Origin: Pimelobacter simplex
GTDB taxonomy: Bacteria > Cyanobacteriota > Cyanobacteriia > PCC-6307 > Cyanobiaceae
Length of the DNA stretch: 64,000 bases
Assembly (NCBI GenBank): GCA_943361795.1
Contig: CALRIS020000012.1
Coordinates: 21,077 to 85,076 of the forward strand
Reading direction: 5' to 3'
Shown here: piece after piece, positions 55,021 through 64,000 of the stretch
Layout: every line of letters starts with the position of its first letter
Numbering within the stretch: the first letter of the stretch is position 1
Position numbers and translations under genes: made by a program
The notes under the pieces: model-generated
The model's database searches: none
What the model was told of the DNA's origin: nothing
Seen by the model: only the letters and a program-made list of their open reading frames with translations

Positions 55021-55785
55021 CTAGGCGATTTGCAGCTGAGCTGCCAGGCCCATGGCCAGGAGGGCGGCAATCAGGGTCTGGAGGCCATTGACCAGCTCAT
55101 TGCTGAGCCAGCTGATGCGGCCCTGAAGGGTGGCGCCAATCAGGCTTTCGATCAACGTTGCCACCAGGCCCACCAGGGTCACCAGGAGCCAGGGGGTGGC
55201 GCCCTGCAACACGCCCAGTTGCAGGCACACCAGGGCCATCAGGGCACTGCCGACCAAGCTGGCGAGGCTGCCCTCCAAACTGATCGCCCCCTCGGTGCCG
55301 GGGGGCACGGGCCGCAGGCTGGTGACCAGCACCGTGTGGCGCCCCCAGCGCTTGCCGATCTCACTGCCGCAGGTGTCGGCGAGCTTGGCGCTGAAACTGG
55401 CGGCGAATCCGATCAGCAAAAGGGGCACGGGCGCCCAGGGCAAGGTGCAGAGCAGGGCCAGGCCAGCGCCGATGGCGGCTGACCCCCAGACGTTCTCGGG
55501 CCCGCGCCGGCCACCGCGGGCCTCGGCCAGGCCCAGCTCCTGCTTGCGGCGCAGGCCCAGGCGGGTGACAAGCGAGCCAAGCAGCAAATAGAGAACCACC
55601 GCCAGCCAGCCGGCCCAACCCAGGCTGCCCCAGAGCAGGGTGCCGAGGATGCCGGCATGGACCCAGCCGGCCCGGGTCAGCAGGGGTGCCCGCTGGGCCA
55701 GGGCAATCAAGAGGCCATTGAGCAACAGGGCATCGCGCCACTGCAGCAGCCGCTCCGGCGACTCCAAAAGCAAATACGCCAGCAC
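55021..55785 (-). CDS. DUF92 (TMEM19/VTE6-like) integral membrane protein
   Basis: KLADTCGSEIGKRWG and PPGTEGAISLEGSLASLVGS motifs in a multi-TM protein. Confidence 0.7.
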   Translation of the reverse strand: MLAYLLLESPERLLQWRDALLLNGLLIALAQRAPLLTRAGWVHAGILGTLLWGSLGWAGWLAVVLYLLLGSLVTRLGLRRKQELGLAEARGGRRGPENVWGSAAIGAGLALLCTLPWAPVPLLLIGFAASFSAKLADTCGSEIGKRWGRHTVLVTSLRPVPPGTEGAISLEGSLASLVGSALMALVCLQLGVLQGATPWLLVTLVGLVATLIESLIGATLQGRISWLSNELVNGLQTLIAALLAMGLAAQLQIA

Positions 55786-56054
55786 GACCGCGCCCCGACT
55801 GCGCCTCTAGCTCAACACAGGCCCCACCCTGGGGGCGAGGCGACCCCAGGGCCGGCGCGGGGTACCGCCCTGGAACCCACCCAAAACCTGGTGCTGGTCA
55901 ACACCGCTGGGGCCTGGCCTGGCAACCGTTCCGAGGGGAGGCTGCGGGAGGACTGGCAAGCCCCAGGCGAGCTTGTGTTGCACTGCCCTAAGCCCCAAGC
56001 CGCCAGGGCCGCCGCCAACGGATAATCGAAGGCATTGCCTGGTCTGCCGCCGTC

Positions 56055-56492
56055 ATGGTCTTCAACCGCAAGGGGTCGTTCTTCCTGAACCTCGACGACC
56101 AGGCCCCCGCCAAGGCCGCCGAGGTGGCTCCGGTGCGGGCCCCTGAGACCAAAGCCAAGGCCGACACGACTTCAACCCCCGTGGCTATCGCCGTCCCCAC
56201 CGCGGCAGCCACCGCAGCCGCCCCAAGCCCCTCAACCAATGCGCCGGCCGCCAGTACCGACCTAACCAGTACCGGAGTAACCAGTACCGGCGTGACCAGC
56301 ACCGGCGTGACCACGGCCGAAGAGATTGCCGCCGAGCTGCGCGCCGCCCAGGAGGCCCGTCCGGCCCAAACCTTCATCACCTTTGCCCCCGAACGGGTTA
56401 GCGCCGGGGGCGCCCTGCCCATGGCCCGGCGCAAGGGCGGCGCCAACCTGGCCGGCTTCAAGGCCATGGCTGGCAGCCTGTTCGGCAAGTAA
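56055..56492 (+). CDS. Hypothetical Ala/Thr/Pro-rich protein with TSTGV repeats
   Basis: ATG ORF with a low-complexity centre and a basic C-terminus ARRKGGANLAGFKAMAGSLFGK. Confidence 0.4.
   Translation: MVFNRKGSFFLNLDDQAPAKAAEVAPVRAPETKAKADTTSTPVAIAVPTAAATAAAPSPSTNAPAASTDLTSTGVTSTGVTSTGVTTAEEIAAELRAAQEARPAQTFITFAPERVSAGGALPMARRKGGANLAGFKAMAGSLFGK
56265..56309 (+). repeat. Three in-frame 15-nt repeats (TSTGV x3)
   Basis: accagtaccggagta / accagtaccggcgtg / accagcaccggcgtg. Confidence 0.85.
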
Positions 56493-56537
56493 GCCTGTCC
56501 TGGCCCCCAGGCGAAGCAGCAGCCCATCCCCAAGGGC

Positions 56538-56578
56538 TAGGCAAGCCCTGCTAGGCAAGCCCTGGTAGGCAAGCCCTG
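56538..56578. repeat. Three tandem copies of TAGGCAAGCCCTG (14-nt period) between convergent genes
   Basis: Copies at 56538-56550, 56552-56564 and 56566-56578. The upstream AGGGCT (56533-56538) can pair with each AGCCCT. Confidence 0.85.
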
Positions 56579-56601
56579 GCCGCATCAGCCGCCTAGGCCG
56601 T

Positions 56602-57411
56602 TCAGCAACCCCAGCGGCGGTAGCGCCAATCGCTGAGCAAGCCCAAGCCAGCCACCGCAGCGGTGGAACTGCGCAGGATGCGGGGCCCCAGGTCCACGCC
56701 AATCCAGCCCTGGTCCCGGGCCAGGCTTTCCTCGGCTCCACTCCAGCCGCCCTCCGGTCCGCAGGCCAGCCATAGCCTGCCTGGGGGCTCAGTTGCGGTC
56801 CAACAGTCCAGGGCCTCCAGCAGGGGCAATCCGCCGCTCTGGCGCGGGATTGCAATCAGTTTGAGGCCGGCCGGGGAGCCTGGAGCCCTCTCGGTGGGGT
56901 TGGCACCAAGGGGTGGCAAGGGGACCGTTCCCCCCAGCCAATCGCGGGCAGGCCGGGGATCCTGCAGCTGGGGCAGCCAGGGACGCTCACACTGCTCGGC
57001 CGCCTCCCGGGCAATCGTGCGCCAGCGCTGCAGGTTTGGCTGGCCGACCACGGCGTCGTAGTCCCCCCGGCAGGGCAGCAGCCAGTCGGCCCCCAGTTCC
57101 ACCGCCATGCGCAGCAGCAGCTCGTAATCCCGCTTGACCAAAGCGGCCAGCAAGACCAACTGGGGCTGCGGCGGGGGCTGCCAGGCCAGGGGTGCCTCCA
57201 GGGGCTGCCGCAGCTGGGCCCGATGGGCCTCCGTCAGCTCGGCCTCCCAGAGCCCACCGGCCCCATCGCCGATGGCAAAGACCGCCCCGGGGCCGTAGCG
57301 CAACACCTTCACCAGATAGCGGCTTTCCGCCGGGCTGAGGTCCACCAGCCCCGCTGGGGCTCGCTGTAGGCGGCCCGGATCGATCAGCAACCGCCGTTGT
57401 TCCCGCCCCAT
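56602..57411 (-). CDS. rsmE: 16S rRNA (uracil1498-N3)-methyltransferase
   Basis: RYLVKVLRY N-domain and GPEGGWSGAEE ... LGPRILRSSTAAVAGL C-terminal SPOUT motifs. Confidence 0.85.
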   Translation of the reverse strand: MGREQRRLLIDPGRLQRAPAGLVDLSPAESRYLVKVLRYGPGAVFAIGDGAGGLWEAELTEAHRAQLRQPLEAPLAWQPPPQPQLVLLAALVKRDYELLLRMAVELGADWLLPCRGDYDAVVGQPNLQRWRTIAREAAEQCERPWLPQLQDPRPARDWLGGTVPLPPLGANPTERAPGSPAGLKLIAIPRQSGGLPLLEALDCWTATEPPGRLWLACGPEGGWSGAEESLARDQGWIGVDLGPRILRSSTAAVAGLGLLSDWRYRRWGC

Positions 57412-57414
57412 GGG

Positions 57415-58035
57415 TTAGGGCACCCGGCCGTCATAGCTACTGATTTCAGGATCACTGATTACAGAATCACTGATTTCGCGGCCGCTGATTTCAGAATCAC
57501 TAATTTCGGGGTCACTGATTTCGGGGTCATCGAAGCCATCCTCATCCTCCTCGGGATCCCCCTCAAGCTCCTGGTCCCCGTCGGGGTCGTCGTCCAGGGG
57601 AAAGAGGCTGTCAGGGTGCTGCTCCACCGGCCAGTCGTCGTTTTCGCCGCCAATCAGCAGCTCCTCAATCTCGACCACATCACGGTTGAGCTGGCCCATG
57701 GAATTAATCAGCACATCGAGGCTGAAGGCATCACTGGTGCCCAGATCCAGCCAGCAGCGGGCCCAGTCGGCCCGATATTCCATCACGCCCATGTTGTGCA
57801 TCAGGGCCGGCAGGGCCCGCTCGGACGCCTCCAGGTCGTAGCCCATCCAGCCCAGCTCAACGCCCTCCTCATGGCACTGCAGGTTCTCAGCATTGAAGCC
57901 TCCCAATTTGCCGAGGAAAAACCAACTGTCGAAAAGGGTTTCGACGTAGCTGCGCTCGGCCGGGCCCAGGGGGGCACCAAACCGCATCCAGATCCAACAA
58001 TTGAAGGGATTGAGCTCGCGAAAACGGATTTCCAT
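57415..58035 (-). CDS. Conserved cyanobacterial/plastid-type protein (DUF3531-like) with an acidic EISDx repeat tail
   Basis: MEIRFRELNPFNCWIWMRF...LFDSWFFLGKLGGFNAENLQ. The family call is from memory. Its stop lies 3 nt before rsmE. Confidence 0.55.
   Translation of the reverse strand: MEIRFRELNPFNCWIWMRFGAPLGPAERSYVETLFDSWFFLGKLGGFNAENLQCHEEGVELGWMGYDLEASERALPALMHNMGVMEYRADWARCWLDLGTSDAFSLDVLINSMGQLNRDVVEIEELLIGGENDDWPVEQHPDSLFPLDDDPDGDQELEGDPEEDEDGFDDPEISDPEISDSEISGREISDSVISDPEISSYDGRVP
57436..57522 (-). repeat. Six in-frame 15-nt repeats encoding (E/V)IS(D/G/S)x
   Basis: EISDP EISDS EISGR EISDS VISDP EISSY, seen in DNA as reiterated atcactgatttc units. Confidence 0.8.
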
Positions 58036-58136
58036 GGGCGAACCAGCCGGCTCAGGTCAGGGCGACGTCCCTATCCAACAACCCCAGGGACTCCCTGCCA
58101 GCGATCCACCATGCTGGAGGGGCCGCCCGGTCGACC

Positions 58137-58766
58137 GTGCTCGAACTTCGCGACCTGACCTACCAGGCGGCCACGGCCCCCGAAGCGATCCTGGCCGGTC
58201 TCCACCTGCGCCTAGAACCGGGCCGGCCCAACCTGGTGGCAGGCCAAAGCGGCTGCGGCAAAACCACCCTGCTGGAGCTGATCTCTGGCCTGGCCGAACC
58301 GGGCCGGGGCTCCATCCATTGGCAGGGGCAGCGGCTGACTGGCCACCAAAGACGCTGGCTCTGTGGCCTGGTGTTCCAGTTTCCCGAACGCCATTTCCTC
58401 GGCCTGAGCGTGGGCCAGGAGCTGAAGCTGGGCCAGCGGCGCTTCAGCAGTGAGCAGGCCGAAGCCGCCCTGGCCCAGGTGGGCCTGGCGGGCCTGTCGT
58501 TGCAACAACCGCCCGAACGGCTTAGTGGCGGCCAACAGCGGCGCCTAGCCCTGGCGGTGCAGCTGCTGCGCAATCCCCAGGTGTTGCTGCTCGATGAACC
58601 CACCGCCGGCCTGGATTGGTCCGTGCGCGCCGAGGTGCTGGACCTCCTAGCCCAGCTGGCCCGCGAGCGGGTGCTGCTGGTGGTCACCCACGAACCCGAG
58701 CTGTTCAGCGATCTGGTGGAGCACTCCTGGCGGTTGGAGCGGGGCCAGCTACGGCCCATGGGCTGA
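58137..58766 (+). CDS. ABC transporter ATP-binding protein (EcfA/CbiO-like)
   Basis: GQSGCGKTTLL, LSGGQQRRLALAVQL, LLLDEPTAGLD. Confidence 0.85.
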   Translation: MLELRDLTYQAATAPEAILAGLHLRLEPGRPNLVAGQSGCGKTTLLELISGLAEPGRGSIHWQGQRLTGHQRRWLCGLVFQFPERHFLGLSVGQELKLGQRRFSSEQAEAALAQVGLAGLSLQQPPERLSGGQQRRLALAVQLLRNPQVLLLDEPTAGLDWSVRAEVLDLLAQLARERVLLVVTHEPELFSDLVEHSWRLERGQLRPMG

Positions 58767-58883
58767 GTCGATCGAGGTCAGGCAGCCCGCCCAAGCCCTG
58801 CCGAACCGGGGCCAGGGGCGGCCTCGGCCGAACCCTGATCGCCAGGTGAAAACCGGCCAACGGGCGCCGGCGCCCTGCATACG

Positions 58884-59840
58884 ATGGCTCCAGTTGGGCC
58901 CCGCAGCGGGGCTGTTGCGATGCCCGATCAGCTGGTTCGAGCCACCGCCGCCGGAGGTGGCATTCGCCTGGTGGCGGTGAACAGCACGGTGGCCTCCCGC
59001 TACGCCAGGCGGCGCCATGGCCTGTCCTTCCTCACCACCGCCCTGCTGGGGCGGGCGATGACGGCGGGGCTGCTGCTGGCCAGTTCGATGAAAGTGCGCC
59101 ACGGGCGGGTCAACCTGCGCATCCAATCCGATGGACCGCTGAAGGGCCTCATGGTGGATGCCGGCCGCGACGGCACGGTGCGCGGCTATGTGGGGAACCC
59201 CGGCCTGGAGCTCGACCTGCTGGAAGCGGCCGATGGCGCCCACCAATTCGATTTCCGCCAGGCCTGCGGCACCGGCTACCTGCACATCGTGCGGGACCTG
59301 GGCCAGGGTGAACCCTTCAGCAGCACGGTGGAACTGGTCAGCGGCGGCATCGGCGACGACGTGGCCTCCTACCTGCTCCATTCCGAGCAGACCCCCTCAG
59401 CGCTGTTCGTGGGCGAGCAACTCGACAGCCATGGGGTGCGCTGCGCCGGCGGGGTGCTGGTCCAGGTCCTGCCCAAGGCAGCCCAGGAGCCGGCCCTGGT
59501 GGCCCTGCTTGAAGAGCGCTGCCGGGAGGTCACCGGCTTCAGCCAACGGCTGGGCGAAGCGGCGGGCAACCTCAAGGCCCTGCTGGAAGCCATCTTTCCG
59601 GATCTCGATCCCCAGCTGCTCGAGGACGCCGAAGCCGACCAGGAACTCACCTTTCACTGCCCCTGCAGTCGCCGCCGCAGCGTCAATGCCCTGAAACTGC
59701 TGGGCCGCGATGAACTAGGCGCCATCCTCAATGAGGACGGCAAAGCCGAACTCAACTGCCATTTCTGTAACGAGACCTACCGGGTCGAAGCCCCAGAACT
59801 GGAAGAACTGATCGCCGAACTGTCCAGCCCCGCGGGCTAA
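58884..59840 (+). CDS. hslO: Hsp33 redox-regulated chaperone
   Basis: [18 protein letters not shown], and C-terminal zinc centre FHCPCSRRR ... CHFCNETY. An alternative start is ATG 58920. Confidence 0.9.
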   Translation: MAPVGPRSGAVAMPDQLVRATAAGGGIRLVAVNSTVASRYARRRHGLSFLTTALLGRAMTAGLLLASSMKVRHGRVNLRIQSDGPLKGLMVDAGRDGTVRGYVGNPGLELDLLEAADGAHQFDFRQACGTGYLHIVRDLGQGEPFSSTVELVSGGIGDDVASYLLHSEQTPSALFVGEQLDSHGVRCAGGVLVQVLPKAAQEPALVALLEERCREVTGFSQRLGEAAGNLKALLEAIFPDLDPQLLEDAEADQELTFHCPCSRRRSVNALKLLGRDELGAILNEDGKAELNCHFCNETYRVEAPELEELIAELSSPAG

Positions 59841-59850
59841 GAACCGGGCC

Positions 59851-60546
59851 CTAACCGATCAACAGGGCACCGAGGAGCAGCAAGACCAGGGCGGGCAGGG
59901 CCTGGAGCTGTTGCACCGAAAGCGGCAACCCCAGGGGCAGGCTGGGATCGAGCAGCCCCTGCAGCAGGCCCCCGAGCAGCAAGCCCACGGTCAGCAGGCC
60001 AAAACTCCAGGCCACGGCGGGCAGGAAGCGGCGGTGGCGCCACTGCAGGGTCACCACGGTCACGCCCGTGGCCAGGGCCAGGAGCAGTTCTGCCGAAGGG
60101 CCAGGCAGCACCAGCAGCAACACCAGGACCAGCCCGTCGGCCGCCAGGGGGAACCAGCGCTCACGACCCTGAGCTAGGGCCAACACCGGCAGGCTGAACT
60201 GCGGCATCGAGAGGGATGGCCTGGGCAGGGACGGCAGCGAGGGCAGGCTGGGCCGGGCCAGGGGCGGGGGCGGCGGACTGGCGACGGGCCGCACCGCTTC
60301 CCGCTGGGAGGCATTGAGGGCCGCACTGCTGACCTTGCCCTGCTGGCGCTCCTTCAGCCGGTCCATCAGCACGGCGTCATAGGCCGCCTCGATCTGGGCC
60401 CGGGCCTGGGGATCGTCACCCAGTTCGGCCAGGCGTGCTGATTTAGCAGCCTGCACCTCATCAAAACTGGAGTCCGGGCTGACGCCCAGACGCTCGTAGG
60501 CCGAAGGCCGCTCGCCGGCTGTGGCTGAATCCGTACCCTGGGTCAT
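59851..60546 (-). CDS. J-like domain membrane protein (CPP1/CDF1-like)
   Basis: YERLGVSPDSSFDEVQAAKSARLAELGDDPQARAQIEAAYDAVL (J-like, no HPD), followed by three hydrophobic helices. Confidence 0.6.
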   Translation of the reverse strand: MTQGTDSATAGERPSAYERLGVSPDSSFDEVQAAKSARLAELGDDPQARAQIEAAYDAVLMDRLKERQQGKVSSAALNASQREAVRPVASPPPPPLARPSLPSLPSLPRPSLSMPQFSLPVLALAQGRERWFPLAADGLVLVLLLVLPGPSAELLLALATGVTVVTLQWRHRRFLPAVAWSFGLLTVGLLLGGLLQGLLDPSLPLGLPLSVQQLQALPALVLLLLGALLIG

Positions 60547-60651
60547 CGCCTCGTGCCGACACTGCGCTGTCGAGTCTTGAGCGTATCGAGCCAGGGCCCC
60601 GCCTGGGGTGGAATGAATCAGGAGTTATGCCCAGCAGGCCCGCTGGCCGGT

Positions 60652-60921
60652 TCAGAACAGGGGCTCACTGCGGCGGTATCCGCCCTCTTCCTGCAATCGC
60701 AACCGCTGGGCCTCGGCTTCGGCAAGGGGCAGCCAGAGCCGGCGCTTGAGAAGGGGCATTTGGGGCGGCAGGTGGCAGCCTTCACGCATCTCTACCGTTG
60801 CGTCGCAAGGGCTGGCGGCGCTGGGGCTGGTGGCGCTGGGGGTGCCTGGCCCAGGCAGGAAGCTCACGTAGTCGCAGCCACCGTCGGCGCGGGGGCGGAC
60901 CAGCCAGAAGGGTCTTGGCAT
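60652..60921 (-). CDS. Hypothetical 89-aa protein
   Basis: ATG 60921 (MPRPFWLVRPRADGGCDYVSF). No motif recognised. Confidence 0.35.
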   Translation of the reverse strand: MPRPFWLVRPRADGGCDYVSFLPGPGTPSATSPSAASPCDATVEMREGCHLPPQMPLLKRRLWLPLAEAEAQRLRLQEEGGYRRSEPLF

Positions 60922-61026
60922 GGCTGTGACCTTTCGTTGTAAACCAGTCTGGCGCCCGGGGGCCAAAGCCGTGGACACCGATCCGCAAACCCGTCGGGGC
61001 CCTGCGAATGCACCAGCCAGCGGTGA

Positions 61027-62757
<1,731 letters not shown>

Positions 62758-62791
62758 GGGTCCAGCCTGCCAGGCAACGGCGGCGCAGGCC

Positions 62792-63490
62792 TCAGCTCAG
62801 CCAACCAGCCACCTCCAAGTAACGATCGTCGAGTTCTTTCACCTCTAATTGGGGGAGGCTGGCCTGGCGCAACTGGGCCTGGACCTCCGCCAGGGTGAAG
62901 GCCGCCTGCAGGGAGAGGCTGAAATCGCGTTGCAGCAGCTCCGAAGCCCCGCTGGCATGGCGCTGCACCAGCTGGCGAACCGCCCCGCGGTTGGCCGGCC
63001 GGCGCAGATCCCGCATCAACACCAGGGCGCCAGGCAACGCCAGCTGGCGCACGGTGCGCCACAGCACCTGGGGCTCATGGAGATGGTGCAACAGGCTGTT
63101 ACTCACCACCACGCCAAAGCCGGCGCCAACGCCCCCAGCCAAGGACTCCACCAGGCCTGGGGCAAGGGGCAGGACGGCCGAGCGAAACGTCAACCGATGT
63201 CGCCCATGGGGATAGCGCTCCAGGCCCTGGACGGCGAGATCGAGCATGGCCGCCGCACCATCGAGGCCCAGCACCTGGGCCTGGGGGAAGCGATCCACCA
63301 GCCGAAAGCTGATGTTGCCGGGTCCACAACCCAGGTCGACAATCCGCAGCGGCTGGTCCTGACAAGCGGGCCCCAGCAGCTCCGCCAGCCGCTCCACCAG
63401 GGCCTGGTCCGTCGCCCTGAAATCGGCCGCCCCATAGGCCTGGGCCTGGGCGAGGCCCTCCATTAATTCCGGCTCACAGACCCGTTCCAT
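62792..63490 (-). CDS. Class I SAM-dependent methyltransferase
   Basis: Motif [13 protein letters not shown], with [10 protein letters not shown] post-I and motif II region. Confidence 0.8.
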   Translation of the reverse strand: MERVCEPELMEGLAQAQAYGAADFRATDQALVERLAELLGPACQDQPLRIVDLGCGPGNISFRLVDRFPQAQVLGLDGAAAMLDLAVQGLERYPHGRHRLTFRSAVLPLAPGLVESLAGGVGAGFGVVVSNSLLHHLHEPQVLWRTVRQLALPGALVLMRDLRRPANRGAVRQLVQRHASGASELLQRDFSLSLQAAFTLAEVQAQLRQASLPQLEVKELDDRYLEVAGWLS

Positions 63491-63617
63491 GGCTCAAGCC
63501 TGGCAGCGGTGGGGCGCCGGCGGCGGCCAGGGGCCAGCCACCGCCGCTAGTGCCCCCGGTCCCTTGCCGGCCCCACCGGTGGCGTTAACCTAGCCCTCAT
63601 CTGCACCCAACGCCCCA

Positions 63618-64000
63618 GTGACCCTGTCAGCTCCGTTGACGGCAACAAGCTCCACGGCCGCTGCCGAAGCTGCCAGCAGTGGCCCCACCGGGGGCGCTCC
63701 GGGGGCCGGCCAGGCCACCTTTGCCGCCACTGCCCCGGCGGCCAACCCAGTTTTTTATCGCACCTATTCCCGTAAAACCGCCGCTGGCCGTGAGAGCTGG
63801 AACGAGGTGGCTGAACGCAACCTGGGCGGCCTGCGCAAGCTCGGCAGCCTCGATGGGGCCGAGGTGGCGCTGCTGCGCCGCATGCAGGAGCAACAAATGG
63901 CCCTGCCCTCGGGCCGCTGGCTCTGGATCGGCGGCACCCCTTGGATTGAGCAGGAGCAAAACTTTTCCGGCGCCTACAACTGCACCTCCACCAACCTGGT
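63618..64000 (+). CDS. nrdJ: Ribonucleotide reductase, class II (adenosylcobalamin-dependent), 5' part only
   Basis: GTG 63618, with the frame open to the window end. NPVFYRTYSRKTAAGRESWNEV...LPSGRWLWIGGTPWIEQEQNFSGAYNCTST matches the picocyanobacterial NrdJ N-terminus as I remember it. Confidence 0.7.
   Translation, partial: MTLSAPLTATSSTAAAEAASSGPTGGAPGAGQATFAATAPAANPVFYRTYSRKTAAGRESWNEVAERNLGGLRKLGSLDGAEVALLRRMQEQQMALPSGRWLWIGGTPWIEQEQNFSGAYNCTSTNL

Noticed and set aside
55827-55851. GC-rich 8-bp hairpin (CCCTGGGG...CCCCAGGG) in the 269-nt gap upstream of the DUF92 gene
   Set aside because: Short GC hairpins arise by chance at this base composition, and there is no flanking T-run or repeat to suggest function.

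Overview
This is a high-GC picocyanobacterial chromosome segment, most likely Cyanobium or Synechococcus-like. I infer this from gene content (NTRC, CtpA, DUF3531-like, CPP1-like J-protein, PhnDCE, and NrdJ with a PVFYRTYSRK N-terminus) and from several HIP1 GCGATCGC palindromes, for example at 1742, 4327, 35810 and 47739. No database search was possible. Most of the window is densely packed housekeeping genes: infA, ntrC-type thioredoxin reductase, dxr, cysS, mfd, ctpA-like protease, ispG, aspartate aminotransferase, phnDCE, a sigma factor, rsmE, hslO, prfC and the 5' end of nrdJ. The outstanding region runs from about 11.4 to 34.8 kb. It holds a co-directional, partly translationally coupled locus. 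It starts with an MFS transporter, a GT28/MGDG-synthase-like glycosyltransferase and a single 2772-aa fully reducing type I PKS (KS-AT-DH-ER-KR-ACP-terminal reductase, no loading module). These are followed by a GT2 glycosyltransferase, an oppositely oriented secreted SRPBCC/START-like protein and an unclassified membrane-anchored Ser-Asp-His hydrolase-like protein coupled to an oversized cytochrome P450. The locus ends with a Wza-like OPX protein, a Wzz/PCP protein with a degenerate kinase-like tail, an orphan outer-membrane beta-barrel and two regulators. I interpret it as a candidate pathway for making and exporting a glycosylated long-chain fatty alcohol or polyol envelope glycolipid. It would be functionally analogous to heterocyst-glycolipid synthesis but differently organised. 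This is inference. The export half is compositionally mosaic, with low-GC cassettes whose junctions fall inside genes. A second notable neighbourhood (35.2-40.8 kb) strings together three divalent-cation transporters: a P2-type ATPase, a CDF and a GDT1/UPF0016 protein. They sit behind a long leader that carries a perfect 12-bp hairpin. I found no rRNA, tRNA, CRISPR array, transposase or integrase. Many long ORFs in the supplied track are antisense or shadow ORFs typical of high-GC DNA, and I rejected them.
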